64,000 nt of DNA from Eledone cirrhosa (Eukaryota), in the NCBI GenBank assembly GCA_964016885.1, contig OZ024742.1, positions 28,396,001 to 28,460,000 of the forward strand, given 5' to 3'. The translations under genes were made by a program, and so were the position numbers. Positions within the stretch are counted from its first letter, which is position 1, and every line of letters begins with the position of its first letter. The notes under the pieces are model-generated. The model was given only the letters and a program-made list of their open reading frames with translations, did not search any database and was not told the DNA's origin. Shown here one piece after another: positions 27,861 through 42,382 of the stretch.

Positions 27861-28018
27861 TTATACACACACATAAGCATATACATATATATATAACCAG
27901 CCAGAAACACCCCTATATGAGCGAGATAGGGTCACCCTACACAACTTACCTCAAAGTAGGACCCATCTAAACTATGCTAGCATGGCAGATGGACGTTAAT
28001 CGATGATGATGGTGATGA

Positions 28019-28056
<38 letters not shown>

Positions 28057-28175
28057 AATAGGATTCCAGTTCCTCGGAGGAATAACAACAGACCCAGGAG
28101 CTGGACATATCGATGTATTGATGGAGTAAAACACACTTCAACAACATGTGTACCTGTCTTTTCCACACCAATTCG

Positions 28176-28232
28176 GACTGCCTGAAGAGGTCACAGCCAA
28201 TGATGGCTGTCACCAAAATATATATAGCAGTC
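28176..28232 (+). ncRNA. Type-I hammerhead ribozyme motif (GAAA reads AAAA; probably inactive) in a TA-flanked pLTR-like unit of about 28050-28380
   Basis: gactgc CTGAAGA GGTcACAGCCA atga TGGCTGTcACC aAAA tatata TA gcagtc: 6-bp stem I, long stem II, palindromic stem III; AATAAA downstream. Confidence 0.75.
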
Positions 28233-28399
28233 ATTTTTTATTTATAATAAACAAAGCCAAATTTTACATATTTGACTAAATTATTTTACATTACTCCGGA
28301 GTAAACAAACCAACCTGCGTACTTCATTGAATGCTACAATTTGCATACTGAGGTGTCGGTAAATAACCAACATATACTCAATATATATATATATAAGGA

Positions 28400-28617
28400 A
28401 CGATCGACTTTTGTCAAATTGGACCAAGGAAACAATGTTTCCATTAGTCTTTCTAATTGGAAATACTCTCTATCGGTCGCAACTCCAGGTAGAAGGAGCA
28501 GCGTGAAATAAATTGTCTTGCTCAAGGACATAATGCATCGCCTGGTCCGGAAATCGAACTCACAACCTCATGATTGCGAATCCCAATTCTCTAACCACTC
28601 AACCACGCGCCTTCACT
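28400..28617 (-). mobile_element. tRNA-derived SINE, family A-like head
   Basis: A/B boxes and gtccttgagcaagaca domain on the minus strand. Confidence 0.8.
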
Positions 28618-28655
28618 ATATATATATATGTGTATGTATATATATATATATATAT

Positions 28656-28943
28656 TGTGAGTTCAATTCTCAGACCGGGTGATGTGTTGTTTCCTTGAGC
28701 AAGACACTTTATTTCACATTGCTCCAGTTTACTCAGCTGTAGAAATGAGATGATAGGCACTGGGGTCCATATCATTCCACTGCAAAGTGGTCATGGAGGT
28801 GCCACGGCAAAAAAGCACCCAGTCCACACTGTAAATGAGGTTGGTGTTAGGAAGGGCATCCAGCTGTAGAAATCAAGCCAGAATCAGTTCCCATTCACCC
28901 TTGCAAGCAGGGAAAAGCGGACGTAAAATGATGATCATGATGA
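28656..28943 (+). mobile_element. SINE family A, 5'-truncated
   Basis: Homology to 12275-12609. Confidence 0.9.
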
Positions 28944-29118
28944 TTGTTATACTTGGGGAGGGTCATATTGTTGTAATAATATTGCCAGAAATAATAACAG
29001 AACACACTCATTGTTTGGTTGGTTTTCACTTCTGTATCTTTTATATCTCCACAGTTAATTCATTTAGTCCTCAATGTTTATCATTGACTGACCAACATTC
29101 AAAAATACAGATATAAAC
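28944..29118 (-). mobile_element. PLE pLTR tail fragment
   Basis: Closely matches the reverse complement of 1067-1220. Confidence 0.75.
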
Positions 29119-30069
29119 ACATATATATATAGACTATATATAAACACATATATATATATATATAGACTATATATAAACATATATATATATATATATATAT
29201 ATAGACTATATATAAACATATATATATATAGACTATATATAAACACATATATATATAGACTATATATAAACACATATATATATATAGACTATATATAAAC
29301 ACATATATATATATATATAGACTATATATAAACATATATATATATATATATATAGACTATATATAAACACATATATATATATATATAGACTATATATAAA
29401 CACATATATATATATATATATAGACTATATATAAACATATATATATATATAGACTATATATATATATATATGTGTGTATATATGCCTATATATATTATCG
29501 TCATCACCATTTATTGTCTATTTTCTATACTTACATGTGGTAGACATAGGTGTATGTGTGTGTCTGCTTGTAATTTACATGTGGAGATAATTATATAATT
29601 TATACCCTAGTTTCATGCATCTTATCTGCTCAAACACGCATATGAAACTGTGCTATGTGTCTAATTATATATTCACAGGTACACATGCATATATGTATAA
29701 AGCACACATGTTTATGTATGGAAACACATCCAATCAAACACATATATAAATGGATACAAACACACACACAAACACACACACACACACACAAACACGCACA
29801 AACACACACACACACAAACACAAACACACACACTATTAAAGGCTTAAATATTTACACTTGTGAATCAAAACACACATAAATTCTTCTTCGTTCATTTATT
29901 CCTGGGGAGATCATTGGTCACCATAACTAAGAAGTTTTATATATGTATTTATATATTTATGTGTAATTGTGTGTGTGTATATATATATATATATACATAG
30001 ACATATCTATATTTATATATACATATATACAAATATATACATACATACACATATGTATATTTACATCTA

Positions 30070-30174
<105 letters not shown>

Positions 30175-30249
30175 AGATGTAAATATAGATATATGTGTGT
30201 ATGTATGTATATAAATATATATATATATATACACATACATACATATACA

Positions 30250-30287
<38 letters not shown>

Positions 30288-31409
30288 TATTTCTCCACAT
30301 ATGTATATATATAGATGTCGATGTAAATATTCATGCATGTATATATATACATATATATATATATAGATGTAAATATAGATATGTGTATGCTAGCATGGAA
30401 GATAGACGTTAAATGATGATGAGGATTATATATATGTATATATATATATATGTCTGTGTGTGTGTGTATATATATATATATAAATGGTGTTAGAAATGGC
30501 ATCTAACTGCCAAATTGATGTCAAAATTATAATGTATGAGCAAGACATTGTAACTGGGACTCTCTAGTCTCAGATTATCTCTAGTCTCACATGAACTGTT
30601 GGAAAGCCGATGTATGATGAAGATGACGATGGTGAGGATGATGATGATGATGATGACAACGAAGATGACGATGATGATGATGACAACGAAGATGACAATG
30701 ATGATGATGATGATAATGATGATGGTGAGGATGACAATGATGATGACAACAAAGATGATGATGATGATGATGATAATGATGATGATCATCATAATGATGA
30801 TGAAGACAACGAAGATGATGATGAGGATGATGATGATGATGAGGATAATGATGATGATGATTGTGATGATGATGATAATGATGATGATAAGGATGATGAC
30901 GACGACCATGATAATGATGATGATGATTGTGATGATAATGATGATGATGATGATGATTATTAAAGTTTCAAATATACAGTTCGTGTTGCATAGATAATTA
31001 TTTAATTTATTACATCATCTTTAAATGTGAATTATGCAAATTAGACTGATCATTTCAGTTGTTCATGTTGGATATGAGGATAGGAAAAAGATCTAATGAT
31101 AAGTTGTGTAGTTAGAATAGTTAGGATATATGTCAATACTAAATGTTAGGACTTTGGGATAAAAGTGTAGAGTGTGCAGCAGTTCCACATTGTTGCCATC
31201 AGATGCTGCTTGAACTTCATCTGCTTTGTTGCTCCACCAGGTATTTTGCATGGCCCTGAGATTCACCTGCACCTCCTTCTTTACATATATATATATATAT
31301 GATGATCATCATCGTTTAACGTCTATCTTCCATGATAACATGGGTTAGACGGGAGTTGTCCCACTTGAGGCAAGATTGGTTGGCTAACCGTGTATCGCTC
31401 ATATAGGAC

Positions 31410-32701
31410 TCATCATCATCATCATCATCATCATCATCTTCGTTTAACGTCCATCTTCCACGCTAGCATGGGTTTTGGACGGGAATTTTCCCACCTGAGG
31501 TAAGATTGGTTGTCTTGCTTGTATAGGACTGTCTGGCGGGTTTTCTACGGCTGGATTCCCTTCCTAACACCAACCACGTTTACAGTGTGGACTGGGAGGT
31601 CTTTACCGTGTTACCTACACGGCCACAATACAGCGTGGACTGTGTTTTTTTTTTGTCATGACACCTACACGACCTCATTTATTTAGGACTGGATGTTGTG
31701 GCACCAACATAACTTTACATCGAAAGGGGTGGTGTGGATGGGGTGGGGGTAGTGGGACGGGGTGTATTTTTGTTAAGAGGTGCCTACTGACTGTAGGTTC
31801 GCTTTGTACTCAGGCAAGGCGGGTCTTCTGTATTACTGCGTAGCGCCAAAGATCTCGGTCCAGTGACATTGTCTTGGATAGGTGTAAGTGTGTGAGGTCG
31901 GAATTTATCAGATCGTCCCAGGTTTTTGGGGGTCTGCCTACTCCGTGTCTACCGTCTATTTTGATCGCTCTGCACTTTTTTATACAGCTGTCGTCTTTCA
32001 TGCGCATCACGTGACCATACCAACGTAGTCTTCTCTCGAGTAAACAGCATCTGATCCCTCTTATTCCTAATTTCTCATTTAGTTCATTTATGCTTTGCCG
32101 TTCACGTATATTACTATTACACATCCAACGGAGCATGCAAGCTTCATTCCTCTCCAGTCTGCATATATCCTCTGCACACAATGCCCAAGTCTCACTGCCA
32201 TGTAACATTGCTGTTCATATGTAGGCATCATACAGCCTGCCTTTCATTTTTAGAGAGAAACCTTTAGCGGCCAATAGTGGTATAAGCTCTCTGAACTTTT
32301 TCCATCCCGTTCTGACTCTAGCTACTGTACTTTCAGAGCACCCTCCACCACTGCTGATTTTGTCACCCAGGTAACGGAAGCTGTTCACTATTTCTATAGA
32401 ACCATCTGTGCAATGGAATGAGCTAGTATTCTCCTGGCACTTGCTGCTACTTAGTGCACCTGAGCACCGGCCACATATAAAATCTATATTCTTAGTTAGC
32501 TTACCTGTGATCCCACTACATCTTTTATGCACCCATACTTTGCATTTGGGACATAAAATGGAGTTTCTGCCTACTCCTTTCCTACACACTGAGCATGGCC
32601 ATTTCCCAGATGGGACCAGTGCCCTATTTTCCTTCCTACAAACTAGAACTTTAGTCTTAGACAAGTTAACTTTAAGGCCTTTTGATTCTAGGCCATGCTT
32701 C
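31410..32701 (-). mobile_element. RTE LINE 3' portion (PHD-like finger to tail)
   Basis: ORFs 32215..32664 and 31810..32208 match the 10349 copy; premature stop at 32215. Confidence 0.95.
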
Positions 32702-32788
32702 TATGTTTACTATATATATATATATGTGTGTGTGTGTCATCATTTTTAAATTAGAGACATATGTGTGTATCCCCTTCCTTCCTTTTAT

Positions 32789-32832
<44 letters not shown>

Positions 32833-32869
32833 TGTGTGATGGACGGATGAACAGAAGTCACTCAAATTT

Positions 32870-33500
32870 ACATACATGTGAATGGAGCTCCACTGAAGCA
32901 GGTAGAGAAGTTCAAGTATTTCGGGGTTGCATTCACAAGTGATGGAAGGCAGGAGGCTGAATTAAGTGCAAGAATTGCAAAAGCTGATGCAGTAATGCAC
33001 CAGCTTCAGCATTCAGTAATCGGAATGGAGGTAGGAGTAAAAGCCAAACTTGCTGTCTTCCTGGTATTCCTGCCAACCCTTTCTTAGGGTTATGAATCTT
33101 GGATAATGACCAAAAAAATACGATTGCAAATACAAGCGGCCGAAATGGGGTTCCGCCGAAGTGTCTTTGGAGTAACTTTCGTCGATAAAGTGCATAGCTC
33201 GGAGATCAGAGAATCACTTCAGGTAGAGCCGCTACTTCTCTGGAAGAGATCACAGCTATGATAATACAGACATGTGGTTAGAATGTCTTGGGAAAGAATC
33301 GGTGGACAGATTTTGCAGGCAAAACCAACGGCAAACGACCGAAAGGTAGACCCTGAGCAAGAGAGTTGGTTAACATCTATGAGCTTGGCTGGTCACACTT
33401 TGGAATCCAGCTGGATCAGTTAAAGATGTTTGATTCCTACAGACTCGCTGTTTGAGGAGGACTCTGTCCCCACAACTCTCTCAGAAATAAGTGAGTGAAG
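32870..33500 (+). mobile_element. Degenerate RTE LINE (Expander/Rex3-like family) 3' portion
   Basis: LKQVEKFKYFGVAFTSDGR...ARIAKA...ESW...IQAAEMGF...SSEIRESLQVEPLLL. Confidence 0.85.
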
Positions 33501-34559
33501 AAGAAAATATTGTCTTACTTTTCAATTTACATATCATATCTATATGCATATATATTCACATATAATATCAATTTACACACTACATATGCTAGCTAAACCT
33601 TCACCCTTCTCATGATCTAATTTACCTGTATGGTAAATATCTAATTGGCCACAAAATGATTAATAGAGCAGCTGTTACCCCAGTTGGTGACCCAGCTTGC
33701 TGAAAAGAGTCAACATCCTGAACTAATTGAAATCTCTAAATGATAGCTTAACTTGCTAGAAATAGCTGTCAAATTTCCTTTAAAATCATGTTCTATGCTT
33801 TTATAAAAGTGAAAATTGGAGAATGTAATCTGGTGGACATTATTCATGTAAATAATATGGAATATGCAGGGCTGGAATGCTTTTGATGAAATGTCTGTTT
33901 GATTAAGGGTAACCTGGAGATAAACAATATCATCTGTTCTGCATAGGAAACTGGATATATTTCATTATGTAAATGTTAAATAAAGTGAAACATGTGTGAG
34001 GACTGATATGTTAATTCTCAACATCCTGCAATGATTTAGCAGAAAATATTTAAAAGAGGTTTGCTAATTCAAATGTGCATAGTACTTTTACTAATAAATA
34101 GATTGTTGGGAAAATGTGCAGAATTAGAGTAAATTTTTAATGAAATGCAATCATAATGCTGTTTTATAATTTTCAAGTGTGTTGCTAATGTGGTTTCATG
34201 CAGTACAGAACATTAAAAGTTAATGAGACATGGAACATTGAATCTAGATCTGAGGTGGCTGGAGAGGAATGAGGTGTACACCATCCGTTAGATGTATAAT
34301 GTTTCCCTTGTTCAGTTTAAATGTCAGATTACAAGAGAACTGAGAAAGTAGCTGGAAATTAAAGACATCACAAGTATGCACCAATCAATCAAATCAGAAT
34401 GGAACAGAGCTTTTTACTTTATCATAATTTTTGGCAGGATTTTTCTGATTGGATGCTCTTCCTATCACCAACCACATCCCAGCATGGACTGGATATGTTT
34501 TATCATGCCACTAGCAATAGAAGTGGTTTGAAAAGACACAAAAGTCTATTCTAATCTGT

Positions 34560-34850
34560 ATCAGCTTCTATTCAGGGTGACTGCTCTTTCTTATACAAGT
34601 TTTTAGCTATTATGAATTACAGAGCCTATGTCTATCCCATGCAGTCTTATTTATTCAGAGTAACTACACTTTGTTACATAGCTTGCCATTGCTATGACTT
34701 ACTGAGACCACGTCTATCCCATGCAGTCTTATTTATTCAGATTAACTGTTCTCTGTTAGTAGCTTGCCTTTGTTATGATTTACAGAACCCATATATATCC
34801 CAGGCAGTCTTATTTATTTGGAGTGACTGTTCTCCAAGACTACAGGCTAC
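34560..34850. repeat. Degenerate tandem repeat, about 80-bp unit x3-4
   Basis: Recurring tatcccatgcagtcttatttattcag. Confidence 0.7.
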
Positions 34851-35321
34851 AAGAAAAGCAGCCTGTAGAGTCCTACATTTACTATGTTTATCACAAGAAA
34901 ATGTATTACTTAACAAGAAATACAAGAAGAATCAGTTACATATTTACTTTTGTATAAATTTCAAATCAAATATTAAAGACTTTCATAGAAATATGTTTGT
35001 TTGTATTTTAAGATAGTCTTGGCTGAAACACTTTTATCATAGTTATTCTAATTAAGATCTAGCTTAGGATTATACAACATCAAATGTTACATAACAGTTA
35101 TCTCAATGATACTGGTGTTGCATAACAGTTATAGATACTTGTATTAAGGCAAGCAAACTTAGTGCAAACCATTTGGGCCAGGTCCCTTATCTAAAGATTA
35201 ATCCTTCACTTCCTCCCTTCCTCGAAAGTTTTGGAAACCCTGAGAAAAAAAAGTTATGGGAACCTATGTTTATCATCAGACTAAAATATAAATAAATAAA
35301 TATATAAACAAATAAATAAAT

Positions 35322-35371
<50 letters not shown>

Positions 35372-35372
<1 letters not shown>

Positions 35373-36150
35373 AGGAAAAAATTAGAAATAAGAGGGATCA
35401 GATGTTGTTTACTCGAGAGAAGGCTACGTTGGTACGGTCACGTGATGCGCATGAAAGACGACAGCTGTATAACAAAGTGCAGGGCAATAAAGATAGACGG
35501 TAGCCACGGAGTAGGCAGACCCAGAAAAACATGGGACGAGCTGATAAATTCCGACCTCACACGCTTACACCTCTCCAAGACAATGTCACTGGACCGAGAC
35601 CTTTGGCGGTGCTCAGTAATAGAGAAGACCCGCCTTACCTAAATACAAAGTAAAAACCTACTACAGTTAGTAGGCATCTCTATCAAAACACACCCCCGTC
35701 CCACCACCTCCACCCCATCCACACCGCCCCTTTCAATGTAAAGTTATGTTGGTCCCACAACATCCAGGCCGAAACAAATGAGATCGTGTAGGTGTCACAA
35801 CAAAAAACACACAGTCCACGCTGTAAATGTGGCCGTGTAGGCAACACGGTAAAAACCACCCAGCCCCACACTGTAAATGTGGTTGGTGTTAGGAAGGGCA
35901 TCCAGCTGTAGAAAACCCGCCAGACAGTCCACGCTGTAATGTGGCCGTGTAGGCAACACGGTAAAAACCTCCCAGCCCCACACTGTAAATGTGGTTGGTG
36001 TTAGGAAGGGCATCCAACTGTAGAAAACCCGCCAGACAGTCCCATGCGAGCAAGACAACCACTCTTGCCTCAAGTGGGAAAACCCCCGTCCAAACCCATG
36101 CAAGCGTGGAACACGGACGCTAAACCTGATGATGATGATGATGATGATGA
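35372..36150 (+). mobile_element. RTE LINE 3' portion with an internal 3' UTR duplication of about 115 bp
   Basis: ORF 35442..35642; acagtccacgctgtaa...gccag repeated in tandem. Confidence 0.95.
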
Positions 36151-37582
36151 TATATGAATAAATAGATAAATAATCTATATCAAAGTATATAGTTCAGTTC
36201 TGAACCATTTCTGCAGATATACTGCCCTCATTCACCTCAGAATATTTTACTATAAACTCTGTTATTATTTTCATACCCAATTCTTCAACATCTTCCACCT
36301 CACCCCCCATCACCTACCTCACATCTTACTTGCAAGGGATGGAGATATGTTGTTGTTGATCTTGTAGTCAATGTTGTTATTTGTTTTGGTTGTTGTTGGT
36401 ATTTGTAGTTGCTCTATTTATTGTTGTTCTTTGACTGTGTGTTCACAGTGGCAGAGAAAAGGGATACATCTGTTGTATTTAGACAGATATCCCTTAATGG
36501 CCAACATTCAAATAGATTGGCTTATTGCTGTTGTTGTTGCTGATGTTGTCAGTGTTGTTGTTGTTATCAGTGCTGTTGTAGGTGGTGTTGTTGTTATTAG
36601 TGGTGGTATTGTTGTTACTGTCAGTGTTGTTGTTATCAGTGCTGTTGTAGGTGTTATTAGTGGTGGTGTTGTTGTTGTCAGTGTTGTTGTTATCAGTGCT
36701 GGTGTTGGTGTTGTTGCTGTCAGTGTTATTGTTGTTGTTATCAGTGCTGTTTTAGGTGTTGTTGTTGCTATTGGTGATGGTATTGTTGCTGCTGATGTTG
36801 TTGGTCATATTGGTGTTGTTGTTGTTACTATTGTTGCTGTTGTTGGTCATACTGGTGTTATTGTTGGTCATACTGGTGTTATTGTTGCTGATGTTGTTGT
36901 TATGGCTTCTTTCTAAACAGAAATATTGAAATACTTTGCCAAAATATTCTTAAAATGTATTCAGTATTTGTTTGTTTTGCTTTTTGTTTCATGTTTGTTT
37001 TGTGTCAGTTTAATGGAGTGAGGGATAGAGGAGGGAGGGAGGATGGGTGGAGTGAGGGATAGAGGGGGGATGGAAGGAGGAGGAATAGAGGAGGGATTGA
37101 TGGAGAGTGGATGGAGGAGGAGAAAGAGGAGAAGTAGGAGGAGGAGAAGAAGACAAAACCAAAAATAAAGTAGAGAAAGAAAGAAAGGTAAAATATTAAA
37201 TGGATGAAAGAAAGGCAATGAGAGAGAAATATAATGTTTTAGTCTTAATTGCTTCTTAGCAGCTTCATTGCAACTATTGCAATGCTTGCTTTCCCAATCA
37301 GACTATTATATCTATATCTATATATATATACACATATTTTCATCATCATCGTTGTTTAATGTCCACCTTCCACGCTAGTATGGCTTAGACAGGTTGTCCG
37401 ATTTGAGGCAGGTTGGGTCAGTAACCATATCCTACTCATACAGAACTGTTTCTGGCTAGATTTATACAGCTGGATGACCTTCCTAATACCAACCACATTT
37501 ACTGTGTATGCTGGGTGCTTCTTGCGTGAGTCCTACACAACCATTTTACAGTGTGGACTGGGCGCATTTTGTCATATATGTG

Positions 37583-37622
<40 letters not shown>

Positions 37623-37775
37623 TTTGAAGGCCATTTCTCTGTGTGTGGGTGTATGTATGTGTATATGTGTGTGCATGTGGATGTATGTATTGTGTGTGCG
37701 TGTGTGTGTGTGTGTGTGTATGTATGTGGGTATCTGGATGTATGCGTATGTGTATATATATATATATATATATGC

Positions 37776-37806
<31 letters not shown>

Positions 37807-37917
37807 TGTGTGTATGTGTGTGTATATATGTGTGGGTGTGTGTATGTTTGTATGTGTGTATGTATATATATATGTGTGTGTGTGTGTATATATATATGTG
37901 TGTGTATGTATGTGTGG

Positions 37918-37961
<44 letters not shown>

Positions 37962-38028
37962 GTGTATATATATATATGTGTGTGTGTGTATGTATGTGTG
38001 TATCTGGATGTATGTGTATGTATATATA

Positions 38029-38075
<47 letters not shown>

Positions 38076-38531
38076 ATGTGTATATATGTGTGTGTGTGTA
38101 TGTGTGTATGTATATGTATGTGTGTGTGTATGTATGTGTGTATATGTATATATATGTATATATATATATGTATATGTATATGTATGTATGTGTGGATGAA
38201 GGTATGTGTGTATATATAGGTGTAAGTGCACTAAATCCCTTTCTATCACGCTCCACTCTCCTATCCATCACAGGAAGATATGTGTATGTATATTGCTTCC
38301 ACCCCCTCACTGACCAGCAGCTGGCCAGTTGGTGATTGCTAAATCTGACCTTTATAAAATAACCCACACCCCAAATAACTTCTCATTCACTACCAGAAAG
38401 GGACACAGCAGTCAACCTGTTGTTGCTACCTAGATGAAAACTGCTATGAAATCCCACAATGAATTTTATACTTGAATTTTCAAGTCTCAAATTTTAACTC
38501 TTCGTATTATTAATTTTTCTTAATATTAATC

Positions 38532-38579
38532 AACATTTGAAAAGATGGCTTTTGCAGACCCATCGAAACCGGTCATTTT
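38532..38579 (+). ncRNA. Decayed hammerhead motif
   Basis: aacat TTGAAAA gatgg...ccatc GAAA CCGG TC atttt: 3' core, stem II and CCGG stem III intact; CTGANGA box has two substitutions. Confidence 0.45.
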
Positions 38580-38715
38580 TTATACCCTTTATTATTTCCT
38601 TACCTTATAAAATTATGTTTTTTCACAAAAAAGTATTCTGTCTCTTATATATTCCATGTGCCATTATCAACCTCAATTTTCTCTATAACCTTCGTTTTGT
38701 GTAGAAAATTACACT

Positions 38716-38765
<50 letters not shown>

Positions 38766-38789
38766 TCATCATCATTTTTTGTTGCTGTG

Positions 38790-38820
<31 letters not shown>

Positions 38821-39076
38821 TTGTAGTTTTTCCAAATTGAAGGGTGAGTATTTAAACTTTTTATTCTGAGTTAAGACTCTATTGGGTTTTTTCCCTGGAT
38901 TTCACAAAATCTGTGGATAAAATCTATCTTGATTTTTTTAAAATTGAGTTTGAATTATTTTCCCAAATCTTACGTTAAATATTTTCCATTTTGACGTTAT
39001 AATCACTTATATATTATGAAATACTGTTGGCTTCTTGCTCGCCTTAATTTCTCTATTTTCATTTATATTATATATA

Positions 39077-40075
39077 GTGCCCACAAAATACTAGCTCTTT
39101 CAATTGCGCAGAGGGTTCTATAGAAATAGTGGACAGCTTCCGTTACCTGGGCGATAAAATCAGCAGTGGGGGAGGGTGCTCTGAAAGTACTGTAGCTAGA
39201 GTCAGAACTGGTTGGAAAAAGTTCAGAGAGCTTATACCACTATTAGCTGCTAAAGGGTTCTCCCTAAAAATGAAAGGCAGGTTGTACGATGCCTGCATAC
39301 GAACAGCAATGTTGCATGGTAGTGAGACCTGGGCATTGTGTGCAGAGGATATACGCAGACTAGAGAGGAACGAAGCTTGCATGCTCCGCTGGATGTGTAA
39401 CAGTAATATACGTGAACGGCAAAGCATAAACGAACTAAGGAAAAAATTAGAGATAAGAGGGGTCAGATGCTGTTTACTCGAGAGAAGGCTGCGTTGGTAT
39501 GGACACGTGATGCGCATGAAAGTCGATAGCTGTATTACAAAGTGCAGGGCAATAAAGATAGACGGTAGCCACGGAATAGGCAGACCTAGAAAAACATGGG
39601 ATGAGCTGATAAACTCCGACCTCACACACTTACACCTCTCCAAGACAATGTCACTGGACCGTGACCTTTGGCGGTACTCAGTAACAGAGAAGACCCGCCT
39701 TGCCAGTAGGCATCTCTAACAAAATACACCCCTCCCGCCGCCACCCCCACCCCATCCACACCACCCCGTTCTATGTAGAGTTATGTTGGTGCCGCGCCAT
39801 CCAGGCCGAAACAAATGAGATCGTGTAGGTGTCACGACAAAAAACACACAGTCCACGCTGTAATGTGGCCGTGTAGGCAACACGGTAAAAACCTCCCAGA
39901 CCCACACTGTAAATGTGGTTGGTGTTAGGAAGGGCATCCAACTGTAGAAAACCTGCCAGACAGTCCTATGCGAGCAAGACAATCACTCTTGCCTCAAGTG
40001 GGACTACCCCCGTCCAAACCCATGCAAGCGTGGAACACGGACGTTAAACGTTGATGATGATGATGATGATGATGA
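39077..40075 (+). mobile_element. RTE LINE 3' portion
   Basis: ORF 39129..39719 open; 3' UTR; (TGA)n tail; TA flanks. Confidence 0.95.
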
Positions 40076-40327
40076 TATATATTCGCACATAAATAAAACT
40101 GTTATTGGTCCAACCTGTCTACAAAACTCTGAGCAAACAGACTAAACTGAACATGGACTACAACAGCCACCAAATGGGGAAGACAGATGTTATCCTGCTA
40201 CAGCTGTCCTATTATGTAATTTCTATATATTAAAGCTAATGAACCTATTATCTGCAGTGTCTATGACCCCATTACATAATAGGCTATGCTCTCTATATAT
40301 GTATATATATGTATATATATGTATATA

Positions 40328-40381
<54 letters not shown>

Positions 40382-40385
40382 ATAT

Positions 40386-40780
40386 GTAGTAAAACCTACT
40401 CCAGCCAGTAGGCATCTCTAACAAAATACACCCCGTCCCACCCCCACCACCCCCACCCCATCCACACCACCCCGTTCTATGTAAAGTTATGTTGGTGCCG
40501 CGCCATCGAGGCCGAAACAAATGAGATCGTGTAGGTGTCACGACAAAAAAACACACAGTCCACGCTGTAATGTGGCCGTGTAGGCAACACGGTAAAAACC
40601 TCCCAGACCCACACTGTAAATGTGGTTGGTGTTAGGAAGGGCATCCAACTGTAGAAAACCTGCCAGACAGTCCTATGCGAGCAAGACAATCACTCTTGCC
40701 TCATGTGGGACTACCCCCGTCCAAACCCATGCAAGCGTGGAACACGGACGTTAAACGTTGATGATGATGATGATGATGAT
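40386..40780 (+). mobile_element. RTE 3' UTR-only copy inside (TA)n
   Basis: Near-identical to 11790-12172. Confidence 0.9.
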
Positions 40781-40899
40781 ATATATATATATATATATTA
40801 AATATATATTTGTATAAATACAGATTGTTTAAGCAAGACTGCTTGTGGTTGTCCAATTTACAGAAGACCAGCTAAGGTTAAAAGAAATACAGAGTAATT

Positions 40900-41165
40900 G
40901 TAGTTAGTGTGGGTCATGAGAGAAGGAAAGGTGAGTGAATTAGAAGTATTTGAATGGATGAAGCATGAAACTATGTAGGTTCTAAGAAACAGTGGCAATG
41001 GTGGTATGTCGGTGGTGTATAAAAAAATGTGTGGGTGAAATCTGAAACCCTGGGACAACCCAGAGTTGATAGAGTGTGAGACAAAAATAGCACCATCAGT
41101 AGAAACTGCGATAAAGCTATCTGACAGGAAGCTACTGATCCAACAGATGAGAGACAGATGCAGAC
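40900..41165 (-). pseudogene. Old non-LTR (Jockey/CR1/L2-group) RT fragment
   Basis: WISSFLSD...V..DG...SINSGLSQG resembles the WI.SFL...GVPQG RT segment. Confidence 0.55.
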
Positions 41166-41169
41166 CATA

Positions 41170-41367
41170 CGAGGGTTGGCAAGAAATTTCATAGGCTGAC
41201 CAAGATACTCTCATGGGCTGATCAAATGAAGTTTATTTTTCAACATAGTACCTCAAAAGAAACAAGGCAGATATTAACAAGAGGAGGTGAAATTAATCCT
41301 TGCAGGATTTCACAGCTTTAGCATCACTTCTTCATAGTCAGCCTATGAACCTTTCAGCCCATCCTCG
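41170..41367. mobile_element. Tc1/mariner-type MITE (second copy at 41924-42109)
   Basis: TA|CGAGGG...cataggctgac / gtcagcctatg...cctcg|TA terminal inverted repeats. Confidence 0.8.
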
Positions 41368-41399
<32 letters not shown>

Positions 41400-41451
41400 C
41401 ATAATAGTGAAAGAGTGAAGAATAACATGGTCGGCTGTACAAAAAGGGTTT

Positions 41452-41569
41452 TATTTACAGTGTTAATAATTGTTTCATTGATCAGGTGAGTCTAAAGGCT
41501 GCTGATTACTCGAAATTGCATCACTCGACCTTAAATACAGTGAGTGTCTCTGATCAAATCATCAGAATA
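41452..41569 (-). ncRNA. Type-I hammerhead ribozyme motif, intact core, 64-nt stem-II loop, in a TA-flanked unit of about 41400-41710
   Basis: Minus strand: tatt CTGATGA t TTGATCAG [64 nt] CTGATCAA t GAAA CA attattaacac TG TA aata; AATAAA overlaps the 3' end. Confidence 0.7.
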
Positions 41570-41705
41570 CTCAGAATTCTCACAAACTCGCTACCTAACT
41601 AAGAAAACCTCTTGTTGAATCAAACAACGGCATACGTTAAAAATATCCATAGTACAGAGTACTCACCATCGCTAACTGAATTACTTAAAACGATAAACAG
41701 TTATC

Positions 41706-41772
<67 letters not shown>

Positions 41773-41797
41773 TACATATATACATACACACACACAC

Positions 41798-41895
<98 letters not shown>

Positions 41896-42235
41896 CACAC
41901 ACATATATATATATATATATATATGAAGGGTCAGCTGAAAAGTTTATAGGCTGACCAAGATACTCTCATAGAAATGTGTTTTTCAATACAGCACCCAAAA
42001 GAAACAAGGTAGTTATTAATAAGAAGAGTTCAAATTAATGCATGCAATATTTCACAACTCTAGCATCACTCCTTCATAGTCAGCCTATGAACTTTTGAGC
42101 CCACCCATGTAGGTATATTAAACATTCAATGACCAGTATAAGTCCTCTGTTGATAAACAATTAGTAAATAGTATATAAAGAAACATTACATAACATTACA
42201 TATAGATTTTATGAATGATTTAATTCTCTATAAGT

Positions 42236-42382
42236 ATTTCTAGCCTTGTTCTAAAACAATTTGGGAGTTCTAGCCTTGGAGAAAACAACCGAGGAATTAT
42301 ATTTGTGAGAAGTTAGACCTGAATGTTAGCTCGAGGGGATATAGCTTCAAAATTGGTTTTAGAACAAGGAGAAGCTGAAAGT
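42236..42382. mobile_element. Small MITE-like inverted-repeat element
   Basis: ccttgttctaaaacaattt ... aaattggttttagaacaagg. Confidence 0.45.

Noticed and set aside
36458-36496. Hairpin resembling a pre-miRNA
   Set aside because: Only about 38 nt and no known mature miRNA recognised.
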